DNA of 64,000 nucleotides from an uncultured Candidatus Binatia bacterium (GCA_965242525.1 OZ251459.1:2784001-2848000); one strand, 5' to 3'; positions 31,901 through 43,737 are shown, counted from the stretch's first letter. Notes: generated by a model from the sequence alone, not told the origin. Made by a program: numbers and translations.

Positions 31901-31975
31901 AAGTCGAAAGAGGCGCTCCACGAGGTCGGCAAAGACCGCGAAAAGGGGCGTGCGGACGCCGCAAGCGGCAACGAA

Positions 31976-32215
31976 CTATTGCTGAGGCTGGGGACTACTT
32001 GGCGCGGCCGGCGTAGCCGGCGCAGATCTCGTAAACCCTTCGAACAGGCCTTCGATGCGGGCCATCCGTTCCCGAAGGTCACCGATGTCCCGGTGCATCT
32101 CGCCCATTTCCTGGCGCATGGCCCGTTGGCCGGGAACGATGACGGCCGCCAGGGAGATGGCCACGCCGATGACGGTTACCATGATGGTTGCGATGGCCGC
32201 GAGTTCGAGCGTCAT
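31976..32215 (-). CDS. Small TM + coiled-coil protein, copy 1 (79 aa)
   Basis: GGAG RBS; TM helix then RQEMGEMHRDIGDLRERMARIEGLF. Confidence 0.75.
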   Translation of the reverse strand: MTLELAAIATIMVTVIGVAISLAAVIVPGQRAMRQEMGEMHRDIGDLRERMARIEGLFEGFTRSAPATPAAPSSPQPQQ

Positions 32216-32340
32216 GGTTCGACTCCGAAACGGGAAACCTGACTCACGTACCGATGACCTCCCGCTGTCCCCCCGAAGTCAAGGATCGGGTCCACTGCTT
32301 CCGTCTCTGGGACCCGGCCCGGTCACGAAGCGGCAACGAA

Positions 32341-32619
32341 CTACGGCTGAGGCTGGGGACTTGGCGCGGCCGGCGTAGCCGGCGCAGATCTCGTGAACCC
32401 TTCGAACAGGCCTTCGATGCGGGCCATCCGTTCCCGAAGGTCACCGATGTCCCGGTGCATCTCGCCCATTTCCTGGCGCACGTCTCCGATTTCCTGGCGC
32501 ACGTCCCCGATTTCCTGCCGCATGGCCCGTTGGCCGGGAACGATGACGGCCGCCAAGGCTATGGCCGCGCCGATGATGGTCAGCATGATGGTTGCGATGG
32601 CTATGAATTCGAGTTTCAT
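32341..32619 (-). CDS. Small TM + coiled-coil protein, copy 2 (two extra heptads)
   Basis: Same RBS context; RQEIGDV twice. Confidence 0.75.
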   Translation of the reverse strand: MKLEFIAIATIMLTIIGAAIALAAVIVPGQRAMRQEIGDVRQEIGDVRQEMGEMHRDIGDLRERMARIEGLFEGFTRSAPATPAAPSPQPQP

Positions 32620-32743
32620 GGTTCGACTCCGGGACGGAAGACTTGGCCCACGCACTGATGATCCCCCGATGTCCCTCCGAAGTCAAGACCGAGGTCGCTG
32701 CTTCCGTCCGCGGGACGCCGCCCGGTCACGAAGGGGCAACGAA

Positions 32744-33001
32744 CTACGGCTGAGGCTGGGGATCTGGCGCGGCCGGCGTAGCCGGCGCAGATCTCGTGAA
32801 CCCCTCGAACAGGCCTTCGATGCGGGCCATCCGTTCCCGAAGGTCGCCGATGTCCCGGCGCATCTCGCCCATTTCCTGGCGCACGTCCCCGATTTCCTGC
32901 CGCATGGCCCGTTGGCCGGGAACGATGACGGCCGCCAAGGCTATGGCCGCGCCGATGATGGTCAGCATGATGGTTGCGATGGCTGCGAGTTCGAGTGTCA
33001 T
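32744..33001 (-). CDS. Small TM + coiled-coil protein, copy 3 (one extra heptad)
   Basis: Same RBS context; RQEIGDV once. Confidence 0.75.
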   Translation of the reverse strand: MTLELAAIATIMLTIIGAAIALAAVIVPGQRAMRQEIGDVRQEMGEMRRDIGDLRERMARIEGLFEGFTRSAPATPAAPDPQPQP

Positions 33002-33028
33002 GGTTCGACTCCGGGACGGAAGACTTGT

Positions 33029-33160
33029 GGAACCTCTGAACAATCGAGACATCCAGGATGGATTCCCCTCACCCGGACCATCCTGTCCCCGTTCGTCCTG
33101 AGCGTAGCGGAGCGAAGTCGAAGGACGCGCTCATGCTCCGCCCGATTGTCCAGAGTTTCC
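33029..33160. mobile_element. Family A MITE inserted in the leader of copy 3
   Basis: Absent from the leaders of copies 1 and 2; ends GGAACCTCTGAACAATCG / CGATTGTCCAGAGTTTCC. Confidence 0.85.
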
Positions 33161-33244
33161 CTGACCCATCTTACTGATGATCTCCCGATGTCCCCCCGAA
33201 GTCAAGACCGAGGCCGTCGCTTCCGGCTGCGGGACCCGGTCCGG

Positions 33245-34609
33245 TCACGAGGGCGCCGGGAGCCGGCGCAACCGGGCGGCGAAGAAACCGTCCGTGTCGT
33301 GGCGGTGGGGCAGCGCGAGGAGATACCCGCGGGCGGTCATGGGGGCGGCCGCGGCCGGGAGGCAGGCGGCGGCGTCCTCCACCGCGAAGTCGGGGCGGCG
33401 CTCGACGAAGGACTCCACCACCTGCTCGTTCTCGATCCGGGAGAGCGTGCAGGTGGCATAGACCAGGACCCCGCCGGGGCTTACTCGTCCCGCGGCCTGT
33501 TCCAGTATCCGGCTCTGGAGCGCCGCAAGCCGGTGCAGGTCCGCTTGGGTGCGGCGCCACTTGACCTCCGGATGCGAGCGCAGACTCCCCAGGCCCGAAC
33601 ACGGCGCGTCCACCAGCACGCGCTCGAAGGCCTCGGGCCCGCCGGGCAACCCGCGGGCCGAGTCGCACGCGCGGGCGCGGATGCAGCCGAGCCCCAGTCG
33701 GCGGGCGTTGTCCCCGAGCTTCGCCAGACCGCGCTCCGAGACGTCGCACGCCACGACCCGGCCCCGGTCCTGCATCAGTTCCGCCAAGTGCGTGGTCTTT
33801 CCGCCGGGCGCGGCGCAGACGTCGAGCACGCGCATGCCGGGCTTGGGATCGACCAGGAAACCGACCATCTGGGAGGCTTCCCCCTGCACCAGGCACAGGC
33901 CGTCGCGGAACTCGGCCAAGCCCGCGGGGGACGCCGACCCGCGCAGGCGAACGGCGAGCGGCGACCACGCCCCGGGCCGGGCGTCGAGGCCGCGGGAACC
34001 CAGGCGCCGCACCAGTTCGTCCCGGTCGATCCTCATGCCGTTGGCCCGCAGCACCAGGGGGGCTTCGAGGTTGTTGGCCTCCATGAGGCGCCGGCTCTCC
34101 ACCGCGCCCAACTCCCCCCGCCACAGGTCCACCAGCCAGGACGGGTGGGAGACCAGCGCGGCCACGTCCCGGTCCTTGCCGGACGCCGGCGGCGACCAGG
34201 CGTCCCGCTCCCGGCGCGCCACCTGCCGCAGCACGGCGTTGACCAGCCGCGCCTTGCCCGGGCCGGCGCGCTTACGGGCCAGCGCCACCATCTCGTTGAC
34301 GGTGGCGTAGGAGGGCACCCGGTCCAGGAAGAGCAACTCGTAGCCGCCCAGCCGGAGCAGGTTCCGCACCAGGGGGTCCAACTCGTCCAGGGGGTCCCGG
34401 AGCAGACCGCGGAGGACCCAGTCGATGCGCCCGCGCCACCGAAGGGCGCCGTAAACCGTGCGGGTCAGCAGCGCGCCGTCGGCCTGCGGCAGGGCCGCCT
34501 CCCGGAGGCGCGCGTCCAGCAGGGCGTCGGCGTAGGCCTGCCGCCGCTCCACCCGGTCGAGGATGGCGAGGGCGAGCTCACGCGGGTTTCTGGACAGGGG
34601 GCGGCTCAA
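33245..34609 (-). CDS. rsmB: 16S rRNA m5C967 methyltransferase
   Basis: NusB-like N-terminus, DVCAAPGGKT, VDAPCSG, YATCT, DGFF; follows fmt. Confidence 0.93.
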   Translation of the reverse strand: MSRPLSRNPRELALAILDRVERRQAYADALLDARLREAALPQADGALLTRTVYGALRWRGRIDWVLRGLLRDPLDELDPLVRNLLRLGGYELLFLDRVPSYATVNEMVALARKRAGPGKARLVNAVLRQVARRERDAWSPPASGKDRDVAALVSHPSWLVDLWRGELGAVESRRLMEANNLEAPLVLRANGMRIDRDELVRRLGSRGLDARPGAWSPLAVRLRGSASPAGLAEFRDGLCLVQGEASQMVGFLVDPKPGMRVLDVCAAPGGKTTHLAELMQDRGRVVACDVSERGLAKLGDNARRLGLGCIRARACDSARGLPGGPEAFERVLVDAPCSGLGSLRSHPEVKWRRTQADLHRLAALQSRILEQAAGRVSPGGVLVYATCTLSRIENEQVVESFVERRPDFAVEDAAACLPAAAAPMTARGYLLALPHRHDTDGFFAARLRRLPAPS

Positions 34610-35534
34610 ACCGCATGCCCTCCCGGAGCCCGACGCCGCGGAGGAAGGCGTCCGCAGCCATCCGCTTGCGGCCTTCCAGTTGCAGTTCCGTGAGCACCAG
34701 CGCGCCCGCGCCGGTGCTCACCCGGACGCCGTCCGCGCCCGCCCCCACCACCGTTCCCGGCGCCGCCGCTCCCTCCCCCGCGGCCCCGAGCCTGGCGCGG
34801 TGGACCTTGACGCGCTTGCCCCGCCAGTAGCTGAACGCCGACGGCCAGGGGTCGAAGGCCCGCACTTGACGCTCGATCTCGCCGGCCGGCCGGCTCCAGT
34901 CGATGATCCCGTGCTCCTTCCGGAGCATCGGAGCGAATGTGGCCGCGGCCGGGTCCTGGGGGCGCGGCGCGAGGGTCCCCCGCCCCAGCCCCGCGACGGT
35001 CTGCACCAGCAGCCGCGCGCCCACGGGAACCAGCTTCGCCTCCAGCGAGGCCGCGGTCTCCCCCGGATCCATGGCCACCTCCTCGGCCAGCAGGACCGGC
35101 CCCGCGTCCATTTCGGCCACGAGCCGCATGGTGGTCACGCCGGTCACCGCCTCCCCCCGGAGGATCGCCCATTGCATGGGCGCGGCGCCCCGGTACCTGG
35201 GCAGCAGCGAATAGTGGACGTTGACGCAGCCGAGGGGGGCCGCGTCCAGGACCGCCTGCGGCAGGATGCGCCCGTAGGCCACCACCGCCACGAGGTCCGG
35301 GCGCCAGCCTCGCAGTTGCTCCAGCAGGCCGGGGTCCTTCGTCCCCTCGGGGGCCGCAACCGGTATGCCGTGCCGGGCCGCGGCCAGCCGCACCGGCGCG
35401 GGGGCGAGGGCCTGGCCCCGGCCCGAAGGGCGGTCGGGACGGGTCACCGCGCCCACCACCTCGTGGGCGCTGCCCACCAGCGCTTCCAGCGAGGCCGCGG
35501 CCGAGGCCGGGGTTCCCATGAATACGATACGCAT
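34578..35534 (-). CDS. fmt: Methionyl-tRNA formyltransferase
   Basis: MRIVFMGTP, NVHYSLLPRYRGAAP, MDAGP. Confidence 0.95.
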   Translation of the reverse strand: MRIVFMGTPASAAASLEALVGSAHEVVGAVTRPDRPSGRGQALAPAPVRLAAARHGIPVAAPEGTKDPGLLEQLRGWRPDLVAVVAYGRILPQAVLDAAPLGCVNVHYSLLPRYRGAAPMQWAILRGEAVTGVTTMRLVAEMDAGPVLLAEEVAMDPGETAASLEAKLVPVGARLLVQTVAGLGRGTLAPRPQDPAAATFAPMLRKEHGIIDWSRPAGEIERQVRAFDPWPSAFSYWRGKRVKVHRARLGAAGEGAAAPGTVVGAGADGVRVSTGAGALVLTELQLEGRKRMAADAFLRGVGLREGMRFEPPPVQKPA

Positions 35535-35649
35535 GGAGCGTCCGTGCAAGGCGCGTGTCCGGCCGGGGCGCCCCGGAGACGCCGCCGTTTCCCGCGGGAA
35601 GCGGTCCGCGGGCCGGGACCGGCGCGTCCGGGTTTCCGGGGAGCGCGGG

Positions 35650-36186
35650 TCAGATGACGAGGCCGCGGCTCTCTTGCGGTTCCTTGCCGGTGCGAACGGA
35701 CTTCTTGAGCTTGCGCAGGTAGATGTCGCGCTTGAGGCGGCTGATGCGGTCGATGAAGAGCTTGCCGTCGAGATGGTCGATCTCGTGCTGGAGGGCCACG
35801 GCCAGGAGGCCGTCCGCATCCACCTCCACCTCCTCGGCGTTCTCGTCATACCCCGAGACCACCACCCGCTCGGCCCGACTCACCTCCGCGGTGAAATCGA
35901 CGACGCTGAGGCAGCCTTCCTCCACCACCACTTCGCCCTCGGCCGCCCGGACCACCGGGTTGGCCAGCTTGAGGACGTTGGCGCCGGGGTCCTCGTGGTC
36001 CACGTCCAGGACGATGACGCGCACGGACACCCCCACCTGCGGCGCGGCCAGTCCGATGCCCGGCGCGGCGTACATGGTCTCCAGCATGTCCTGCATGAGC
36101 GCGGCGGTCTCGCCCGTGACCGCTTCCACCGGCCGGGCCGGCCGCCGCAGGACCGGGTCGGGAAACTTGAGGACGTCCAGGATCAT
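35650..36186 (-). CDS. def: Peptide deformylase
   Basis: GIGLAAPQ, EGCLS, QHEIDH. Confidence 0.96.
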   Translation of the reverse strand: MILDVLKFPDPVLRRPARPVEAVTGETAALMQDMLETMYAAPGIGLAAPQVGVSVRVIVLDVDHEDPGANVLKLANPVVRAAEGEVVVEEGCLSVVDFTAEVSRAERVVVSGYDENAEEVEVDADGLLAVALQHEIDHLDGKLFIDRISRLKRDIYLRKLKKSVRTGKEPQESRGLVI

Positions 36187-36190
36187 TCGA

Positions 36191-36314
36191 GGAACCTCTG
36201 AAAAATCGGGACAGGGGGCATGAGTGCGTCCTTCGACTTCGCTTCGCTCAGGACGAACGGAAATGGGTCAGCGTGAGGGAATCCATCCTAGATGTTCGAT
36301 TGTTCAGCGGTTCC
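36191..36314. mobile_element. Family A MITE with perfect TCGA target duplication
   Basis: TCGA-GGAACCTCTGAAAAATCG...CGATTGTTCAGCGGTTCC-TCGA. Confidence 0.85.
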
Positions 36315-36334
36315 TCGAGGGCATTCCAAACCAC

Positions 36335-36639
36335 GTCTCTTCCGGCTTTCGTGTGGGTAGGGTAGGAGGGAAAGGGAAGCGACATCACCGCGGACGCTCA
36401 CCCCGTCATTCCCGCAAACGCCCCACCCTCCGTCATTCCCGCGAAAGCATGTCCTCGCGGAAGCGGGGGCGGGAATCCATCCGCTTTCCTCGCTCTCGTT
36501 GTACGAACCTCTCATACAGGGCGCCATGGGGTTTGCTCGCAAGGTCTGGATTCCCGCTTTCGCGGGAATGACGAGTCGGGGCTTTCGCGGGGATGACGGG
36601 ATGGAGAGTGTCGCAATCCACACGAATTCCTGAAGCGCC
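36335..36639. mobile_element. Family B MITE (ISL3-like ends)
   Basis: GTCTCTTCCGGCTTTCGTGTGGGT ... TCCACACGAATTCCTGAAGCGCC; internal ATTCCCGC palindromes. Confidence 0.75.
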
Positions 36640-36791
36640 TGAACAACGTCCCCGTTCGTCCTGAGCGTAGCGAAGCGACGTCCTCTGTTCCCCTCGAGCG
36701 TAGCAACGCGACCTTCCCCGTTCATCCCGAGCGTAGCGAAGCGAAGTCGAAGGACGCGCTCATGCCCCCTGCCCGGATTGTTCAGAGGTTC
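36640..36791. mobile_element. Family A MITE with repeated core, abutting priA stop
   Basis: TGAACAA...three core subunits...GATTGTTCAGAGGTTC. Confidence 0.7.
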
Positions 36792-39017
<2,226 letters not shown>

Positions 39018-39216
39018 GCTTCCGAATTATTGATGAGACTGCGTCAGAATGCCACGTCGTTGACGCGGTTTCGACGCGGCGGAGGGCGCCGCCTTCCGCT
39101 CTTTCCCGGAAGACGGACTTTCCGGCCCTCTCTCCGACGGGCAGACCGCGCGGTTCGCCGGACCCCCGAACGTTCCCGTTGCCGCGCACCGGGGGTTGGC
39201 CCCTGATTTGCTTCTA

Positions 39217-39453
39217 ACAAACCCTGAACGATTGCCCCCGTTCGTCCCGAGCGAAACGGAGTCCTCCGTTCATCCCGAGCGTAGCGAAGCGGAGTCCTCC
39301 ATTCATCCTGAGCGTAGCGAAACGGAGTCCTCCATTCATCCCGAGCGTAGCGAAGCGGAGCCCTCCGTTCGTCCTGAGCGTAGCAAAGCGGAGTCGAAGG
39401 ACGAGCTTTCCCACAGGGAGAGGGAGTTCGAGCCGGAATTGGCCAGACGTTCC
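39217..39453. mobile_element. Family A subtype 2 MITE with five tandem ~33-bp core units
   Basis: CC(G/A)TTCATCC(C/T)GAGCGTAGCGAA(G/A)CGGAGTCCT repeated head to tail. Confidence 0.75.
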
Positions 39454-39465
39454 TTTACGAAGCCC

Positions 39466-40488
39466 ATGGGCCGCATCTTCCCGCTCCGACGGGCGCGAGC
39501 CTGGTTCGCCATCGACGTGGGCTCCAGCTCGGTCAAGGTCGCCGAGGCCATCGACGGCCGCGACGGCGCCCAGGTGCTGCGCACCGCGGTGCTGCCGACG
39601 CCCGCGGGAGCGGTGGAAAACGGGTTCGTGCGCCAGACCCGCATCCTCGGGGACGCCGTCCGGGAGTTCGCCGGCGCCGCCCGCGGAAGGCCGCGCCAAG
39701 CGGTGGCGTCGATCCCGGGCCGGGGGGTCATGCTCAAGCGGCTGCGCCTTCCCGGCCAGGGCAGGGACGGGCTCGACCGGGTCATCGAGTTCAAGGCCAT
39801 GGACGCGGTCCCGGAAGACCTGGACAACGTCAACCTCGACTACCACGTCCTCGGTCCCTCGGATGACGGCGACGGACTGGAGGTACTCCTGGTGGCCGCC
39901 AGGAAGGAGCTGGTCGAGAACTGCGTGGAGTTCCTGGAGGCCGCGGGGCTGGTCCCGGCCATCGTGGACGTGGACCACTTCGCCCTCCGGTCCGGCAGCC
40001 GCGGACTGCCGGACCGGCGCGCGGACGTGCTCGTCCACGTGGGCGCGCGCTCCACCACGGTCCACGTCCCCACGGACGACTTGCCCGGCTATACCGCGGA
40101 CCTGCCCGTGGGCGGGGAGCAGTTGACCGAGAGCCTGGCCGAGGACCTGGGCGTTTCCCGCGACGAAGCCGAGGCGGTCAAGTGCGGCGACCACTCTCCC
40201 GGCGTCGCCCGCCTGCTGGCATCCCCGTGCGACCGGTTCGCCGCGGAGGTGGCGCGCAGCCTCAACCTCTTCGGCGCACTGGGCGACCGCACGGAGCCGC
40301 GCCGGGTCTCCCTGAGCGGCGGCAGCGCCCTGCTGCCCGGCCTGGGTCCGAGCCTGGCCCGCGCCCTGGACGCGGAGGTCCGGGTCTGCGGGCCTTTCTT
40401 CGGCGACAGCCTGCCGCCGGAGGAAGCACACACCGGACCCGCCTTCGCGGTGGTGGCGGGCTTGGTGACCCGGAGTCCGTCCGAGTAG
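39466..40488 (+). CDS. pilM: Type IV pilus assembly protein PilM-like
   Basis: IDVGSSSVKV, VNLDYHVL, LLVAARKE, IVDVDHFAL, LSGGSA. Confidence 0.8.
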   Translation: MGRIFPLRRARAWFAIDVGSSSVKVAEAIDGRDGAQVLRTAVLPTPAGAVENGFVRQTRILGDAVREFAGAARGRPRQAVASIPGRGVMLKRLRLPGQGRDGLDRVIEFKAMDAVPEDLDNVNLDYHVLGPSDDGDGLEVLLVAARKELVENCVEFLEAAGLVPAIVDVDHFALRSGSRGLPDRRADVLVHVGARSTTVHVPTDDLPGYTADLPVGGEQLTESLAEDLGVSRDEAEAVKCGDHSPGVARLLASPCDRFAAEVARSLNLFGALGDRTEPRRVSLSGGSALLPGLGPSLARALDAEVRVCGPFFGDSLPPEEAHTGPAFAVVAGLVTRSPSE

Positions 40489-40617
40489 GCGAGTCGCCGC
40501 GGACGTGAACCGGCGCGCCCGGGCGGTTCGGTACGTCCGGGCGGGAGGGCCCCCAGCGGCGAAACTCGGCGGCGGCAGGCGCGGCGAGGCGCTGCAACGG
40601 AGGGCTTCCCGACGGAA

Positions 40618-40755
40618 GGGACATCCGTTCCATTCCGGCTCGAGGCGCCTCTCCCTGCGGGAAAGCGCGTCCTTCGACTTCGCTTCGCTACGCTCGGGAC
40701 GAACGGAGGAATTCACTCCGCTTGGGACGAACGGGGACGATTGTTCGGAGTTTCC
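40618..40755. mobile_element. Family A subtype 2 MITE between pilM and pilN
   Basis: Core plus GATTGTTCGGAGTTTCC end. Confidence 0.7.
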
Positions 40756-40781
40756 GGAAGGCGCCACAGGAGGATATCGTC

Positions 40782-41336
40782 ATGATCCGCATCAACCTTC
40801 TGCCCACCCGGGAGATCCGGGCGCTGCGGCGCCGGCGCCGCACGATCGTCGTCGGCAGCGCCGCGCTCTGCGTGGTCGTGGGCGCGCTGGCCGCGGTCAA
40901 CGTCTCGCAACTGCGCCGACGCTCCGCGTTGGAGGCTGAGCTCACTGAGGGTCGGCGAGTGGCCGGGGAACTGCGGCTCCGTACCGGGGAGGTCGAGGAG
41001 TTGGAGGAGGGGATCCAGCGGCAACGGGAGAAGAACCGGGCGGTCCGGGAGTGGCTGGAACGCCGGGCGCAGCACCCGCGCATCCTGCGAGCTCTCTCGG
41101 CCGCGGCCCCGGACCGACTGTGGTTGACCCGCTACGCAGAGTCCCGAGGCGCCGTGACCCTGGAAGGCCGCGCCATGGACGACGAGTCCATCGCCCGGTT
41201 CCTGCGCAACCTCTCCGACGCCTTCCATGCACGGGACCTCGCGGAGGCAGGCAAGGCCGAGGGAGAGGATGGCGTCCGGCGCTTCGTCATCCGCGCCGCG
41301 AACGAGCCGCCGGACGCCGCCCCGGCCGGGGAATAG
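40782..41336 (+). CDS. pilN: Type IV pilus assembly protein PilN
   Basis: MIRINLLP, TM, coiled coil, PDRLWLT; AGGAGG RBS. Confidence 0.85.
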   Translation: MIRINLLPTREIRALRRRRRTIVVGSAALCVVVGALAAVNVSQLRRRSALEAELTEGRRVAGELRLRTGEVEELEEGIQRQREKNRAVREWLERRAQHPRILRALSAAAPDRLWLTRYAESRGAVTLEGRAMDDESIARFLRNLSDAFHARDLAEAGKAEGEDGVRRFVIRAANEPPDAAPAGE

Positions 41337-41361
41337 CGGAAAAAGGACGGTCGAACCGGCC

Positions 41362-42432
41362 ATGTGGCTCCAGGTTCTGCTCGAACGCCCGCTCACCCAG
41401 CAGGCACTGCTGATCGCGGCCGCTGCGCTGTCGTTGGCCGCCCTGGACTATGTCTTCGTGTATCGCCACCAAGCCGGGAACATCGCCCGGGCCGCGGGGG
41501 AGCTCAAGCTCGTCCGCCTCGACGAGACCCGGCTGCGCGCGGAGCTGAGCCGCCTGCCGGGGCTGCGCGAGGAACTCGCCGCGCTCCGGGCCGAACTGTC
41601 CTCGACGCTTCCCCGGGGGAGCGGGGCGGCGACGCCCCTGGAGACCATCGCGGCGCGCGCGGACGCGGCCGGACTCGAAGTGGTCCGCTTCCATCCCGGC
41701 GAAGCGGAGGTCGGAGAGCACTTCAGCGAGGTCCCCATGGCGGTGGAGCTGGGAGGGACCTTCCACGAGCTCCTGCGGTTCTTCGATCTCTCCGCCGGGT
41801 CGGACCACCGGCTGAATGCGAGGGACCTGGCCATCGACGCCCACGCCCCGGACCACGGACGCATGGCGCTCCGAATCGAGTTGGAGATGGCGGCGATCCG
41901 GTTGCAGATGGAAGACGCTGGCGACGCGGCAGGGAACCGTACGGCGCCGGACACGGCCGCGGCCGCGCATGCCCTCGTCCACGGACAACCCGCAGAGTTC
42001 CGACGCGCGGGGCCGGACACGGCCGCCCCGGCCCCAACGCCCACACGAGAACCGGCGGAAACCGAAACTTGGCTGCGGGACCCGTTCCAACCTTACGAGC
42101 CTCCCGCCCCGCACGCCCCGGACTCGCCGATGGAACCGCCCCCGCCGCCGGAGGACCCGGCGGAGCCCGTCCCCGAGCCGCGTTTCCATGCGGTGGGCAT
42201 CGTCTGGGAGCCCCGCGCCGCGGTGGCGCTGGTGAAGGACGCCGACGGGTTCGGACACGTGGTCGAACCGGGAGAGCCGTTGGACGCCTTCGGCTACCAG
42301 GTCAAGGCCATCACCTCGTGCGAAGTCGTCCTGGAAACCACCCGCAACCACGCGCAGCCCCGCGAGACCCGTATCAGGGTCCCGCGATGCGGCGACCCCG
42401 CAGGCCCGGCGCGTCCGGACGCCGAGCCGTAA
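41362..42432 (+). CDS. PilO-PilP-like fusion
   Basis: PilO-like GTFHELLRFFD then Pro-rich linker, RDPFQP and GIVW...ALVKDADGFGHVV. Confidence 0.7.
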   Translation: MWLQVLLERPLTQQALLIAAAALSLAALDYVFVYRHQAGNIARAAGELKLVRLDETRLRAELSRLPGLREELAALRAELSSTLPRGSGAATPLETIAARADAAGLEVVRFHPGEAEVGEHFSEVPMAVELGGTFHELLRFFDLSAGSDHRLNARDLAIDAHAPDHGRMALRIELEMAAIRLQMEDAGDAAGNRTAPDTAAAAHALVHGQPAEFRRAGPDTAAPAPTPTREPAETETWLRDPFQPYEPPAPHAPDSPMEPPPPPEDPAEPVPEPRFHAVGIVWEPRAAVALVKDADGFGHVVEPGEPLDAFGYQVKAITSCEVVLETTRNHAQPRETRIRVPRCGDPAGPARPDAEP

Positions 42433-42436
42433 TCGC

Positions 42437-42742
42437 CTACTTGCCGAGGGCGCGGGTGACCGCGTCGGGGTCCCGGTCGATGACGGTCAGCAGGACGCGG
42501 GCGGCCCGATCCGGGGCGCGCCGGCCCTGTTCCCAGTCCTGCACCGCGCGTGCATCGAGGTCGAAACGCTCCGCGAACTTCCGCCGGCTTGGTCCGAGGC
42601 GCTTGCGGAGCGAAAGTATCCGCTCGGCCGACGTATCCTCGCTGATACGGCATGGAAGCGCGGCCTCGCCGCGCATGTGGGCCAGGACCTCTTCGAGAGC
42701 CGCTTCGACCTCGCACCCCACCCGGCTTCGTTCCGTGCTCAT
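42437..42742 (-). CDS. XRE-type HTH antitoxin (HigA-like)
   Basis: FAERF...QDWEQGRRAP; downstream of toxin with ATGA overlap. Confidence 0.8.
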   Translation of the reverse strand: MSTERSRVGCEVEAALEEVLAHMRGEAALPCRISEDTSAERILSLRKRLGPSRRKFAERFDLDARAVQDWEQGRRAPDRAARVLLTVIDRDPDAVTRALGK

Positions 42743-43080
42743 CCGACTTTTCCTTTCGTCTTCATCGCGGCCACCAGTCGCGACAGCCTCTTCTTGTCCG
42801 CTGGGGTCAGGTCATCGCGTTCTGCTTTCGCATAGACGGTCAGCAGGTAAACGGCTTTGGCGCCGGCGTCATAAAGGTAGATCGCCCGGATGCCGCCCCG
42901 CTTACCTCGTCCTGAACCTGTCCAACGCAATTTGCGGATGCCTCCCGTCCCCGGAATGATCGGCGCGTTCTCGGGATCGGTGACGACCACCGCTTCCATT
43001 TCCACTCGCGCGTTGTCGGGCATCAGCTTGCGCACGGCTCGCTCATAGGTTCGGGTGACGAATAGTTGCACCGATTTCAT
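42739..43080 (-). CDS. RelE/HigB-like toxin
   Basis: IPGTGGIRKLRW...GKRGGIRAIY...LLTVYAKAE; start uncertain. Confidence 0.85.
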   Translation of the reverse strand: MKSVQLFVTRTYERAVRKLMPDNARVEMEAVVVTDPENAPIIPGTGGIRKLRWTGSGRGKRGGIRAIYLYDAGAKAVYLLTVYAKAERDDLTPADKKRLSRLVAAMKTKGKVG

Positions 43081-43185
43081 ATGCTGCATCTCCGCATGTT
43101 TCAAGAGATTTCCCCATCCGGGTTTGGGAAACCGGGCCTGCTCTCCTTTCCTTCGAGGGAGGAGGGCGGACTGAGGAAGACGGCG

Positions 43186-43698
43186 CTAGTCCAAGGAACG
43201 CCACGCCGCCAAGCGGACGCGGTCTTGGGGGCTGACGCCCGCGGGGTGGTGCTCCAGCAGGGCCTCCACCACTGCCTTGGCGTTCTCCTGCGGGCACGGG
43301 TCGCCGGCCGGATAGCAGGCGGAGGACTCCAGGCGAAGCCGCGGCGGCGATGAGCCGGCCACGGGCGTAGCGACCACCGTGTAGCTGCCGCCATGGAAAC
43401 CCATGCCGCTGAAGAGCGTCGTCGGCGTCAGGACGGCGGCGAAGTCGCGGTCGCCATCCCCGTCCGACAGTTCATGCCGGCCGTGGACGAGTCCGGCCTC
43501 GGCGATGTGGAACACGACCACGCTCCGGTAGTAGGCGCCGGTGATCTTGAGGTCGGTCAGGGTCGAGGTCATGCTGGCTGCGCCCACCACGGCCAGGACC
43601 GCGACCAGCATGAGCACCGACGGCAGGACGACGCCCTCCTCGTTTCCGGGAAGGACCCCTCGCCGCCGCGCCTTCGCCCCTGGATGATTCGTTTCCAC
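43186..43698 (-). CDS. PilX-like minor pilin
   Basis: NEEG-VVLPSVLML prepilin-like site; FHIAEAGL. Confidence 0.7.
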   Translation of the reverse strand: METNHPGAKARRRGVLPGNEEGVVLPSVLMLVAVLAVVGAASMTSTLTDLKITGAYYRSVVVFHIAEAGLVHGRHELSDGDGDRDFAAVLTPTTLFSGMGFHGGSYTVVATPVAGSSPPRLRLESSACYPAGDPCPQENAKAVVEALLEHHPAGVSPQDRVRLAAWRSLD

Positions 43699-43737
43699 TC
43701 CATCCAGGAAACATCGGCGGATGCCGCAGAAACCATA

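Noticed and set aside
31976-33001. Diversity-generating retroelement or shufflon behind the small-gene array
   Set aside because: No reverse transcriptase or recombinase nearby; differences are heptad indels and ordinary substitutions
39238-39403. CRISPR array
   Set aside because: Units are contiguous with no unique spacers and no cas genes; it is an amplified MITE core
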